A stretch of 63,551 nt of DNA, counting the filler, from Octopus bimaculoides (Eukaryota): the NCBI RefSeq assembly GCF_001194135.2. It is 5 parts of 4 records of this genome, joined end to end, with 100 filler letters (N's around TTAATTAATTAA, not from the genome) between each part and the next. Parts side by side here need not be neighbours in the genome. Positions count along the whole stretch, not along the records: positions 1 to 26,613 come from NC_068983.1; 4 more parts are not named here. The stretch is one strand, 5' to 3'. How positions within the stretch are numbered: position 1 is the first letter of the stretch; every line of letters begins with the position of its first letter. Below, one piece after another: positions 1 to 12,418 of the stretch. Made by a program: the position numbers and the translations under genes. The notes beneath the pieces were generated by a model, which saw nothing but the letters and a program-made list of their open reading frames with translations, searched no databases and had not been told where the DNA came from.

Positions 1-288
1 CTCCACAGACACATGTACCCTTAACGTAGTTCTCGGTGATATTCAGCGTGACACAGAGTGACAAGGCTGACCCTTTGAATTACAGGTACAACAGAAACAG
101 GAAGTAAGAGTGAGAGAAAGTTGTGGTGGAAGAGTACAGCAGGGTTCACCACCATCCTCCGCCGGAGCCTCGTGGAACTTTAGGTGTTTTCGCTCAGTAA
201 ACACTCACAACGCCCGGTCTGGGAATCGAAACCGCAATCCTATGACCACGAGTCCGCTGCCCTAACCGCTGGGCCATTGCGCCTCCAC
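1..288 (-). mobile_element. tRNA-derived SINE, family A (head GTGGAGGCGCAATGGCCCAG...)
   Basis: The reverse complement gives a tRNA-like head with A-box TGGCCCAGCGG and B-box GGATTGCGGTTTCGATTCC. The same head recurs at 62866-62976. Confidence 0.8.
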
Positions 289-2851
289 TATATATATATA
301 CACACACAGATATGTATACATATGCTTATCTATATATGTGTATACATATGTATGTCTCTGTGTATTTGTGTGTGTGTGTGTGTGTGTGTTGCGTACGTGT
401 ATGTTCCCCATGACGTAAAAAAACAAAAAAGCTGATTTAGCTGTGATAAGCCCTTTTCCAACTGATTCCCTTCACAGCAACTTGAAAATATGGATCAACA
501 AAACCGAGCATATAACTACAACCACTGTAATGTCCAAATCCATTCCACTGCTTGATGCTACAGGAAACTGATAAGTCGGAGCGTAGAACCAAAATTTGGA
601 GGGAAAACATTAATGTTTACACAAATCAAAAGATGAGTTTTTCAGTGAGACCATTCATTTCTCCATCCTGTTTGTGCATCGCAGCGGTCCTTGCTTTCTC
701 TCTCTTATTTATGTGTAATTCGAAGTTTTCTGGAAAACATAAGAATAAATTACATTCCTTTGTGCAAACCATAAGAATATTGAATAGTGAACTCGGGATG
801 GAATTATAAATAGAGAATTGTATAATGATATAAGAGAAACGGGTCAAAGAACGCAGAAATTTACTGAAATAGGTTTATCTGAATATAAAATCATTAGATA
901 TAAAAGAAACATGAATGTCTTGAAATACAGGAAAGTGTCACAATCTAGAGTATAGAAATGAAGGAAACCTATTTAACAGAATATGTTCGCAGTATAAATA
1001 TTTTACTATCCACACTAAATGCGGAAACATCATACAAGCAATCAGCTTGAGGTCCACATTACTAGTAATGTGTCGTATAGGAATTACCAAATGGCAGAGT
1101 AATGAAATAACGGACAACAACAGGTAGACTATGAAACAGCACACGATGCATACCCAATTAAATGTCGGTTAGTTATACCGGAAATGAACAGAACAAAGAA
1201 GAAAGTTGTTGAATTACAGAAACATCTAAATTCCTATCTTATAGAAACGGAAGAGAGTTTCCCTAAGGAGGTAATACGTTAAGATTCAATTTACAGAAGT
1301 ACGAGAGCCAAGAATAGGGAAGTAGGAAATATGAAAAAGAGGGAATCAAAGATTGAAGCTAAAAATTTCATTTAGTGTTGTTCAAAAAGACGAAAGAGAT
1401 AAGGGATGGGAACGATCGCAGGTTCTGTTAAAAGAAGGGCTTCTCAATGATTTCTGGGCCGTACGGGAACGGGGCTTAAGGATAATTAACTAGACAACAT
1501 AACTTTCTCTTTAACCGAAAAAAGAAAAAAAACTACAGTTTGACAAAATAATACTAAAAGTAAGATGGCTGATTGGAACAGTTCAGTTTGCTAGTAATTT
1601 CAGCCGAATGTCTCTGATATCAGAGCCTGTTGTAATGTACACGATAATGATATATTGAATAATGAAGTAAGAGTAACACTAAAATTAAACGGTAGTATTG
1701 ACCGGAAGTACTCTTATAATATGGCTGCTTGAAGTGGGTCCATAGGAGACCAAACATCAAATACAGCCCATAAATCTTGAGCCAGCTTGAAGCTTCTACT
1801 TGGTTGATCGTCATACTATACAATATCAGTAAAATTTTCCTCAAATCTCACTCCAACCGATTTAGTTACGAGAGGAACACATTGAACATAGTAATGATGA
1901 GAAGTGGGATAATGGTCGATGTTCTAAATACAAGTTTCGTTGTAGTCAAAGCTACCGCCAGAAGACTTGCTGATATAAACTGATTTCCTTTTCAATTTAG
2001 GGCTCCACGATAAGAGACAAGCGGGAGTACACAAAATCAATAATACCAATAATAATAAAGACAATAATAACCATAACAACATTACTCGCCGTTTAACTCT
2101 CTGATATTGAACGTATATAGTTCTTATGATTATACTCACTGTATGGGTGAGAGTGTTTTGCGAAGCTCTAATGAATGACTGCTATCATTCCTTGACTGAA
2201 AATACTTTGCACACACCCTCTGTCCGAACCATCAACGATTACCGACTTAAAACGAGCACTACGAGAAAGCGCAAGCCAGCGAGGCTGGCTCTAGATGATT
2301 GCTCATCTAGCGATAATAGCATCCGAATGTCATCATACCATACCTATATCTATGTGTGTGTATATGCGTATGGGCGTGCGTGTGTGCGAGTGCATCTTTG
2401 CCTGTGTGAGTGTGTGTGTGCATGTGTGTGTGTGAATGTGTGTGTGCGTGTGTTTGTGTGTATTTGTATTTGTATGGCTAAATTGGCTGCAATTATTGCG
2501 TTCATAATTTTGTTCGTATAGAAAACGTGAAACAAACAGAAGAGAAACAACAACAACAACAATAACATTTACGATAAACGCAGACTGGTGTGTAAATGCT
2601 ACGAAACGTACTTCAACTACTCTGCAGCAAGCTATAAGATAAACAACGGACCATGGTAGACGACTGGTAATCAGAAAGAGTGATCTGTTTGTCAAATCCA
2701 GTTCGTCAACTGACAACTCCTCGCTAAAGATCAAGGCACGTATGACATTTGCTTTTACATTAGGCCATCAGAAAGTAGCAATCGAGAGATTTTAACGACC
2801 TCTGTTGACCCTTGTATGTTAAAATAAACTGCATCCAATATCAAGCAAGCA

Positions 2852-2852
<1 letters not shown>

Positions 2853-2910
<58 letters not shown>

Positions 2911-2934
2911 TAATAATAATGATAATAATAATAA
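2853..2934. repeat. (AAT)n microsatellite
   Basis: Near-perfect AAT run, read directly. Confidence 0.95.
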
Positions 2935-4101
2935 TCACACACGCACGCACGCACATACATACACAGACACACTCTCACACACACATATTAGTAACTCAAT
3001 AGAACAAAACAATCATTTGAAACGTATAAAATGAAAACCATTTCAAAAACAATAACCAGTCGCAAAACCCACCTCTCTTCGCTTACTTCGTTATGTGTGA
3101 CCTTTAACATAATATAGTATTCTTTATTAACTGACTAGTTGTTTGTTTTCAGGTCCCCTGTAGCTATTCAGCTGATTTATCACTTATTTGATAAAAAGAG
3201 CAGAAAATTCGATACAATTTTCTCCTAATAAAAATATAATAACGAAGTAAGTTTTCCGCTAATAATAAAATGAATTTGACTGCTCGAATTAATCATGCAT
3301 TTGATATTTGTTTCTTTAGAAAAGAGGTGAAAATAAATGAACTAAAAAAACAAACGTTTAAGAATATCGGAATATGAAAATAAATTTGGCAATGATGAGA
3401 ATTGAGCATCGTGTCAAAACTATATTTTAACCCGAAATAAAAGGATAAAAATAAAATGGAAAAAGCAGAAAGGAAGGAAATTGAAAGTGGAGATCAATGC
3501 TTCAACAACGTTTTTTTTTTTTTTTNNNNNNNNNNTTTTTTTTTTTTTTTATCTTCATTCTTATATTTAGTTAAACACCACTGAAAATATACATTTGAAT
3601 ACCGTTAAACTAACGATTACACGACTACTTTACTTGCAAATACTGTGTTGTGCCAAAGAGAAAATAGATTTACAAAATGTTAATATCATTTCATAACAAG
3701 CATGGCTATGTAACTTTTACTCAACAACATTTACAAAGACCGATTCACAAATGTTATAAATCAACAGACATCATTAAATAATTATTGCTGAATAAGAATT
3801 AATCATTGAATATCATTCACTAACTTTCATCGACGCATTTTACGCAACAGCTAAATAACAACAGCTATTGCAAAACTGATATTACTCAACAATTTCATAT
3901 GTACCTTATATCATTTATAGGTTATATTTTATTTGCTTCCCTTATTTGACTGGGGTTATACTGGGACATCACCTTGAATAAAAGGAGCGGAGTACTTGTG
4001 CTTTAGTCAGTTATTTATTGTTTTGCCTAACTATTGCATTACGGGAACGTTAACAAACACCCACATACACACATATACATATGTATGTATCAAAGTATGT
4101 A

Positions 4102-4148
<47 letters not shown>

Positions 4149-4244
4149 AGTAATTTTTCCCCTACACGATCAGTTTCCCTCCTATTTTATAGGTATATAT
4201 ATTAAAATAAGAATTGAATCAAATTTTAGGCGTCGTGTTAGCAG

Positions 4245-4450
4245 AAACTTTAGCACACTAAACCATACGCTCAGTAGCATGTCCCTTCTCATTATGCTCT
4301 GAGTTTAAATGCTCAAATTCCACCGAGGTCGACTTTGTGTGTCATCATTTCGGCGTCGAGGAAGGAAGTACCAATTGTGCACAGGGGTCGATGTAATGGA
4401 ATGGCCCCCAAACCCGAAAATTCCACGCTTTGCGACAAAAGTAGAAAGGA
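4245..4450 (+). mobile_element. tRNA-derived SINE, family B (GAGGTCGACTTTG...GGGGTCGAT core)
   Basis: Core ctcaaattccaccgaggtcgactttg...ggggtcgatgtaat is shared with more than 10 other copies in the window. Confidence 0.7.
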
Positions 4451-4955
4451 TTTTAAGCACTCATTTTAGTAGACGCCATTGTCCTTTCCTAGGCGCTCTC
4501 TTCCTAATATATATCTGCAAGTTTCATAAATTGGTAGTGACAATTCTGTAGACCATCCATAATATTATTCTGCTACGTCTCTGTACCGAATTTTATAACA
4601 ATAAAACGATATTAATGACGTAATCTGTTACAACATTTATTTTATGTTTTTTCCTAAATCTGTAAGACGATTGACTAATAAATCATTGAACCATATTTAC
4701 GTCAACAATTTCATACACGCAAATTTTACGTTATTCATAAAAAAAAAAAGAAAACTAGGGAACAAAATCGAAGATAATCTATTATTGATACAATATTTGT
4801 AATATTGAATATACTTTCAAAAGACTTTACCCACTTAATGGTAATATTTTTCTATTTTCTTCCAACAGAATTCTGGTTTACAGAAGAAATTCGGAAACTG
4901 CACGGTGGTGCTTCTGCACCAACAAAATCTGCGGCTACTGTTGCTGCTGCTGCTC

Positions 4956-4956
<1 letters not shown>

Positions 4957-5021
<65 letters not shown>

Positions 5022-5030
5022 ATACTACTA
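4957..5030. repeat. (ACT)n microsatellite
   Basis: CTA/ACT run; it produces the poly-T and poly-L ORFs in the track. Confidence 0.95.
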
Positions 5031-5189
5031 CTTTGTTGCTGCTTCTACGTTATTGCTTCTGGTTTGCTGCTACGGCTGCTGTTGATCCCCTCTTCGCCTC
5101 CTCCTCTTCCACCTGTCCTTCCTCCCCTTCCACCTGTCCTTCCTCCTCCTACTACTATACATACAAGAACACATACACACATATATCCT

Positions 5190-5340
5190 AGATCTGGTTG
5201 AGTGGTAAGAAATGACAACGTTCTGTGTCCAAAAGACAACGTTCTGTGTCCAATTCCACTGCATGGCACTACAATATGCCCAGACCAACCAAAGACTTGT
5301 GAATAGATTTGGCAATCGGCAACTGAAAGAAGCTTATATA
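5190..5340 (+). mobile_element. Degenerate SINE family C head with internal 21-bp tandem duplication
   Basis: Matches the gtggtaagaa...ccaaagacttgtgaatagatttgg...aactgaaagaagc pattern. gacaacgttctgtgtccaa occurs at 5214 and 5235. Confidence 0.6.
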
Positions 5341-6280
5341 TAGATAAATCTTACTTGAAAAAGTATGCGTGGTGTTGGATCATATAATAATATAAATATA
5401 TAGATATGTGCATATATCCATACATATATGTACATACCTACATATATATGTGTACATACATGCATATATGGGTACAGGACACCAAAAAAAAAAAACGTTA
5501 AACATAATGAGAAACAAAAAAACGAAAAGATAAAAACGAAAACAGAAAACGAACTTTTTTCGAACAACGAAAAAAAAACATACAGAGAAACGAGACATGC
5601 AAGATAAAGAGTATATCCCTTCATCAGTTGTCCCTGTCAATTTACTCCGTGTTTCGAAGGCAAGGACAATACGCGACCTCGCTTGAACAGTCCTTCTGCA
5701 AAGCAAATTAAATAAAATTTGGAATTTTTTGCGGAGGGTGAAAGTGTTAACAAGAACAGGACGGTGAGAACAAGACAGTAAAAACAGGGCAGTAAAAACA
5801 ATAAAAACAGTGAAAANNNNNNNNNNNNNNNNNNNNNNNNNNNNNNNNNNNNNNNNNNNNNNNNNNNNNNNNNNNNNNNNNNNNNNNNNNNNNNNNNNNN
5901 NNNNNNNNNNNNNNNNNNNNNNNNNNNNNNNNNNNNNNNNNNNNNNNNNNNNNNNNNNNNNNNNNNNNNNNNNNNNNNNNNNNNNNNNNNNNNNNNNNNN
6001 NNNNNNNNNNNNNNNNNNNNNNNNNNNNNNNNNNNNNNNNNNNNNNNNNNNNNNNNNNNNNNNNNNNNNNNNNNNNNNNNNNNNNNNNNNNNNNNNNNNN
6101 NNNNNNNNNNNNNNNNNNNNNNNNNNNNNNNNNNNNNNNNNNNNNNNNNNNNNNNNNNNNNNNNNNNNNNNNNNNNNNNNNNNNNNNNNNNNNNNNNNNN
6201 NNNNNNNNNNNNNNNNNNNNNNNNNNNNNNNNNNNNNNNNNNNNNNNNNNNNNNNNNNNNNNNNNNNNNNNNNNGAGAGT

Positions 6281-6311
<31 letters not shown>

Positions 6312-7899
6312 CGAGAGATAGATAGAGAGAGAGATAGAGACAGAAAAAGAAAGGGAGACAGACAGAGAAAGAAAGAGAGAGGGGGAGAGAAGGAGAGAGG
6401 GGGAGAAACACAGAAAGAGGGAGACAGAAGGAGAGAGAGAAATAGAGAGAAAGAGGGAGAGAGAGGGAGAGGGAGAGGGAGAGGGAGAGGAAGGGAGACA
6501 TACAGATAGACAAAGAATGAGGGAGAGAGGGAGAGAGAAAGAGACAGAAGGAGGGAGGGAGTGGGAGAGAGGGAGATAGATAAATAGAGAATGAGGGAGA
6601 GATAGTAAGATAGAAAGCAAGAAAGAGAGAAATAGAATAGGGAAGAATAAAATGTTTTTCTGAAGGACACAGCAGCCACACAATCGTGAACCTGGAACAG
6701 TAATCGCTAAACCACGCGCCTTCTGCATGCAAGCAGAATTCATCAACATCCATTGCATCAGTGACAAATGCAGGAATATCAACCAATCATCGACAGCTTC
6801 CCTAAACAACAACTTTAATAGCAATAATAGATCCTACAACGTTAACTAATCATCAGATTTTCATCAACAGCTAGTCAAACAGACAAACAACAAACTGCGA
6901 CGCCTTGTTTTCAAGGTGTGTGTTTTTAACATGTGTTTTTCTTTTTCGTTTTCGCAAATTCCCAGTGTACGTATATCCAGCGCGTTTATCTTGAAATTTA
7001 ATATTAAAAATGGAAATAATGACTATAATTCCACCATTTACTGTATCATGCTGGACTAAAATGGTGATATGATGCCTTTGGCTATTTTTTGGGATAGATA
7101 TTTGTAATTATGTTTTCAAAAATTGTTCTGGAATTTTGGAATTGAAGAATTTTCGTTACAGTGATTTTATTTGATATTATAGCATGTTGTTATATTGAGA
7201 CATGCTGCCTTTCATCGATTTATATTTTCGGGTAAATGGTATGTAAGTTGATATGTATGTATATATGTATGTTTGCATGGAAAATATGAATATACGTAAT
7301 ATTTGTGTCTCCATTTATCTTTTTCTTCTTACTTGCTCCAGTCCTTTTACGTGCCCAGCATAGCTGCAATCTAATGACTGCAGCTATGCTAGGCACCCCA
7401 TTGATACTTGTATACAAATGCATTCAAAAGTGTACATAAATGCATGTAGTTATGCTCCCTAGCACACTTACATACGCAAACACAGACGTCCTTTCGCATA
7501 TATATATATACATACACATACATATATATGTGTATGGGCATGTATGTATGTATGTATGTATCTATGTATATATATATATATGGAAGAAAAACACAATAGA
7601 GGACAATAAAATATCCGGACAGATAGACTAAAGGAAGGCGGACAGGATAAACAACAATTAGAGAGAGTCCAAAAAAAAAAAAAAAGGACGTGTCATTCCT
7701 GGCCTTCTTTCATCTGTCAAGTTACCAGATGTCTTCATGTTTTCGGGCAGTTAAACTTGAGAGAGTTCGATCCGGTTGCCCCGCAATAAGTCTAAGCTAA
7801 GAGCACTAGATTTTTTGTAAGAAAGCTAGCGGATGTGCAGGACAACAAAGACAAAAAGCGGAGAACGTGGTACACAATTCCAAATACAAACAAAAAGAA

Positions 7900-8350
7900 T
7901 ATAGAACAGGTGTCTTTCGACTGAGGACGAATCAAATTGAGTTGGCGTGTATAAAGTGTTATTCATTTATATTTTATTCACCTACGTTAGAATATTCACC
8001 CAGATGGGTTTCGTTGTCTGCACACAAGACAGGAATATTAGGGGCAAACATTCCTGCACGGACTCTTGATATTCAATATTCAATTAATATTGTTTGTGTG
8101 TGCGGATTATACAAATCTAACAAGGTGCCTCGATTTAAGTACATAATTCAACGGAATCTTATATATCATGATAGATCGCTGACCACTACACATATTTTTT
8201 TCTCTCCTTGTTTCTTTCTGTGTTCCTTTCTGTTGAAGAGCGTAGGCTCGAAACGTTAAATACTTTCTCTATTCCCGAGCGTTATACTAATACACCCATT
8301 TGTTGTTTACACCACCTGTCATCGTCTGTTGTTTCTTCGTGAATTCTCCC
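7900..8350 (+). mobile_element. Probable Penelope-like element 3' relic with pseudo-LTR
   Basis: Decayed QEY*GQT (about 8030-8050) resembles the GIY-YIG YIGQT motif, and a hammerhead-like motif follows at 8225-8260. Confidence 0.4.
8225..8260 (+). ncRNA. Minimal hammerhead-ribozyme-like motif (variant core CUGUUGA)
   Basis: CCTTT-CTGTTGA-A-GAGC(GTAG)GCTC-GAAA-CGTT-AAA. Confidence 0.4.
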
Positions 8351-10174
8351 TATATATATACCGGCCATGATGAAATACCACAAGGTATAGAAAATACGTA
8401 TTCGCCTTTATATATTTATATATTTAATCCTTTATATTGAACACTCAATATTTCATATATTCAATAAGACATATTCCATATATTCAATAAGACATTCAAT
8501 ACTTCATTTCATTGTACCATCCATCTTTTTTTATATTATATATTATATATTCCATATTCTATATCCCACATAAATTTTACAAGAATATAAATAAAAAACA
8601 TAAAAAACAGACAGAGTTGGAACTCTTTTNNNNNNNNNNAGAGAGAGAGAGAGATGTAAGTGGTGAGGGTAGTTAACTCAATTCATGGAGGAGAGTTTAT
8701 TTATTCGTGCGAATGAGACGATTTAGTCCGCCTCTGTTCTGAGATTCTCGTATTATGTGCTTTCTTTCGGATGACAAATTGTTTTCTTTGCCGTTTACGG
8801 ATGTTAGAAATACCCTTCTATGCATTAGAGAGACAGTTGCAACTCAACGTTTATTTACTGCTTCTAAAATTCGCACTAAACTTTAATTATTTTGTCTCGG
8901 GCTGTTGTTTCTTCAATTTATAATCTCGTTTCTATAGAGGAAATGACACAAGGTTTAGATAACCAATGACTTTAGTGAAATTAACTTGACGTAGACAAAG
9001 ATTATCCGAATTTTGCGTTCCTATTCGGCATTCGTTTTTTAACTGCATTAGAATCATAACTCACAAACAATCCATTTAACATCTCTGTGCGCTGCCGATG
9101 TCGCTGTCGCCTCAAGCCTTCAATTTATTTATTCCAACTCCATTATCTTTTCTTGGTCTTTTCCATTTCTCCTCAATCTAGCTCCAAGTTAAAAATAAAA
9201 CCTTTCATTTTCAGTTACATTTCAACATCAAATGGTGTGGTAGACATATTTGAAAAGATGCATTGTCATTGTCTAAAATGCTATCCATCATCGGCTTCCT
9301 ATGTGTTGAGATTTGCGAGGAATTACAGCTTAAAGGAACTGGAACACACACACACACAGAGATTTGTGACACAGCAATGAATTACGAAGCCAGCGGCTAA
9401 GTTTCAGGGTTATTTTCTCTTGAGATATACTGAAAGGTCAAAGATAGACAGGAAGTAAAAATCAGAAATAATTTGGAAAACGTCGTAGGTCTTGAAAATA
9501 TAATATATTTATACGATTATTACTAAATTCAGACATCGTAAAATCTAACTTACATTTGTGAAAATGATATGTGAGCATGATAATCATTTTTTTTATTCTA
9601 TTAACAAGGCCCTAAGTCATCAGTAAATTGGTGAACCTATGATTTTTGTTTTCTTTTGCATAAATTCTACTCTTTTGTCTATCGAAGAAAGAAAGGAAAA
9701 AAGAAAACCAGGAAAACTATAGTATTGATATNNNNNNNNNNNNNNNNNNNNNNNNNNNNNNNNNNNNNNNNNNNNNNNNNNNNNNNNNNNNNNNNNNNNN
9801 NNNNNNNNNNNNNNNNNNNNNNNNNNNNNNNNNNNNNNNNNNNNNNNNNNNNNNNNNNNNNNNNNNNNNNNNNNNNNNNNNNNNNNNNNNNNNNNNNNNN
9901 NNNNNNNNNNNNNNNNNNNNNNNNNNNNNNNNNNNNNNNNNNNNNNNNNNNNNNNNNNNNNNNNNNNNNNNNNNNNNNNNNNNNNNNNNNNNNNNNNNNN
10001 NNNNNNNNNNNNNNNNNNNNNNNNNNNNNNNNNNNNNNNNNNNNNNNNNNNNNNNNNNNNNNNNNNNNNNNNNNNNNNNNNNNNNNNNNNNNNNNNNNNN
10101 NNNNNNNNNNNNNNNNNNNNNNNNNNNNNNNNNNNNNNNNNNNNNNNNNNNNNNNNNTTGTATCTCTATCGTTC

Positions 10175-10234
<60 letters not shown>

Positions 10235-10547
10235 GCGAAATCTTGACGAACATGCTTTTGTAGCTAGCTGAAGGAAAGTGATATACAAGATGACACAACG
10301 AAACTGAAAGTTACAGAAGAAACTGGATGTATTATATTTTTACAGGTTTTGCTGATATTTACCCGTATAAATGTCGAGCAAGGTTTTCGAAATTAGGACT
10401 GAGAGGAAACAACTAGATTCAACTCAATTTAATATATAGTTATGGCTTACACACAGATCAAATAAATAGAATTTAAGTGCAAAATTCTAATCAATAGAAA
10501 CGAACCTGAAGACTTTCGCTTCCTTTCTTGGTTACGAATTTATTGTA

Positions 10548-10673
10548 CAGGGTATCCACAAAGTCTGGATACATGGGATTAACACATACTTTAAGAAATT
10601 ACTATTTCTTATATTTAATTGTTTATTTGATGATTTTAGTTACTCCATGTAACCAGACCTTGTGGACACCATG
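10548..10673. mobile_element. Tc1/mariner-type MITE (126 bp)
   Basis: About 30-bp TIRs, cagggtatccacaaagtctggatacatgg and ccatgtaaccagaccttgtggacaccatg, with TA on both flanks. Confidence 0.85.
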
Positions 10674-10739
10674 TATATCTTACATATATGTTACTGATAA
10701 GCTAATAATATAAGTTGCTTCTCAGCAGGATAGAAGCAA

Positions 10740-11150
10740 CGTTGAAAGATTTTACCGAAATCTCTAAATCTCTGTCAGCTACCAGTCACTTAAAGACATT
10801 CACGTTTATATTTGTCTTCTTATAAAAGACGCCTGGAGAAGGAGTGAGTGTTGCTCTTGTCTGTTTGGTTGGTGAGAGGAGGTTCTTGAGACGGTTGGGC
10901 CTGGTCAGCCATCAGAGAATCCACAGGAATCGACCCTTGGTAAACTGTGATATGACTACTGTTCACAACAGAACATATTCAACGTGTAGAATGATGTGCC
11001 TCTCAGTCGGAGGATTGAAAAGGCATGTCAAAAGAGTTTATACTATGGTACCTGCTTCTTCTGCCAGTCAGCACAGCTGTGCATTATGGGATAGAATGTG
11101 CAAAACTTTCGCCTGGTTGAAGAGTCATACAAGGGCCTCACATTGCATCA
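10740..11150 (+). mobile_element. RTE-clade LINE 3' end with degenerate C2H2-like zinc fingers
   Basis: DAWRRS is followed by CLVGERRFLRRLGLVSHQRIH, TCRMMCLSVGGLKRH and CALWDRMCKTFAWLKSH, like the C-terminal fingers of RTE ORF2. Confidence 0.6.
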
Positions 11151-11819
11151 ACATTGATTCATTTCAATGATTCTTTCTAGCAATAGCTTTGCTCATATAC
11201 GAGAAAGCAGCTAAGGGATGCATACACATAGATGTGCTTTTATTCAAGTACGTATACACATATATGTATATATATATATTGTATTATATATATATANNNN
11301 NNNNNNNNNNNNNNNNNNNNNNNNNNNNNNNNNNNNNNNNNNNNNNNNNNNNNNNNNNNNNNNNNNNNNNNNNNNNNNNNNNNNNNNNNNNNNNNNNNNN
11401 NNNNNNNNNNNNNNNNNNNNNNNNNNNNNNNNNNNNNNNNNNNNNNNNNNNNNNNNNNNNNNNNNNNNNNNNNNNNNNNNNNNNNNNNNNNNNNNNNNNN
11501 NNNNNNNNNNNNNNNNNNNNNNNNNNNNNNNNNNNNNNNNNNNNNNNNNNNNNNNNNNNNNNNNNNNNNNNNNNNNNNNNNNNNNNNNNNNNNNNNNNNN
11601 NNNNNNNNNNNNNNNNNNNNNNNNNNNNNNNNNNNNNNNNNNNNNNNNNTATATATATATATATATATATTCATACATATATATGCACGTATTTATACAT
11701 TTGTACATATATATGCAAATATGTATACAGAGACACATGCAGGTACAAGCGTACAATTGCGTGCGCGAAAGAACGCATTATTTTGCTGTAGAATATAACT
11801 ATTTCAGTAGTACATCATA

Positions 11820-12264
11820 TTTCATGTGGCAGTGCACGTCTACTTCATATACGCCATGTGTCAAATGAACAATGGCTTTCCTTAGTGAAAAGGTGCCATT
11901 TTTGTGAGGGCTAACATCTAGCACACTAATAGCCCAGATCTCAGCCTTCTCGGTTACTTTTTATGGGGCGTACTTCAAGCAAGGACCGATTCTTCCCCAT
12001 ACACGAGTGTCAACAGTTTGAAGACCTGCAACGTGCGTCTGGAGACATAAAATCAAAAAGGTGGAAGTTGCGGCAGCTGCAAAAAAAAATGTCGTCCTCG
12101 TGTGGAAGCACTCATCGCCTAAAAGGGCGGCCATTTTGAGAGGTAAATGTTTTTGTTGTAATAAATGTTACATTAAAATTATATCTGTCTACTACCATTG
12201 TTTTAGTATTTATAACCAGTTTTATGCATCGTAAAAATTGTCTCAATTTATCTCCTACACCCTG
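11820..12264 (+). mobile_element. Tc1-like transposase C-terminal relic plus right TIR
   Basis: SPDLSLLGYFLWG (WPxxSPDLNPxDYxxWG motif) and RPRVEALIA*KGGHFE; the end reads gtctcaatttatctcctacaccctg. Confidence 0.8.
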
Positions 12265-12320
12265 AATATATACATATATACATACATACACACACATATA
12301 CATATATAAAAAGAGAGAGG

Positions 12321-12358
<38 letters not shown>

Positions 12359-12369
12359 NNNNNNNNNNG

Positions 12370-12418
<49 letters not shown>

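Noticed and set aside
5380-6824. Long ORFs of 300-530 aa here and at 40063-41697, 32711-33553 and similar sites
   Set aside because: They span N-gaps and microsatellites, and X codons hide the stops.
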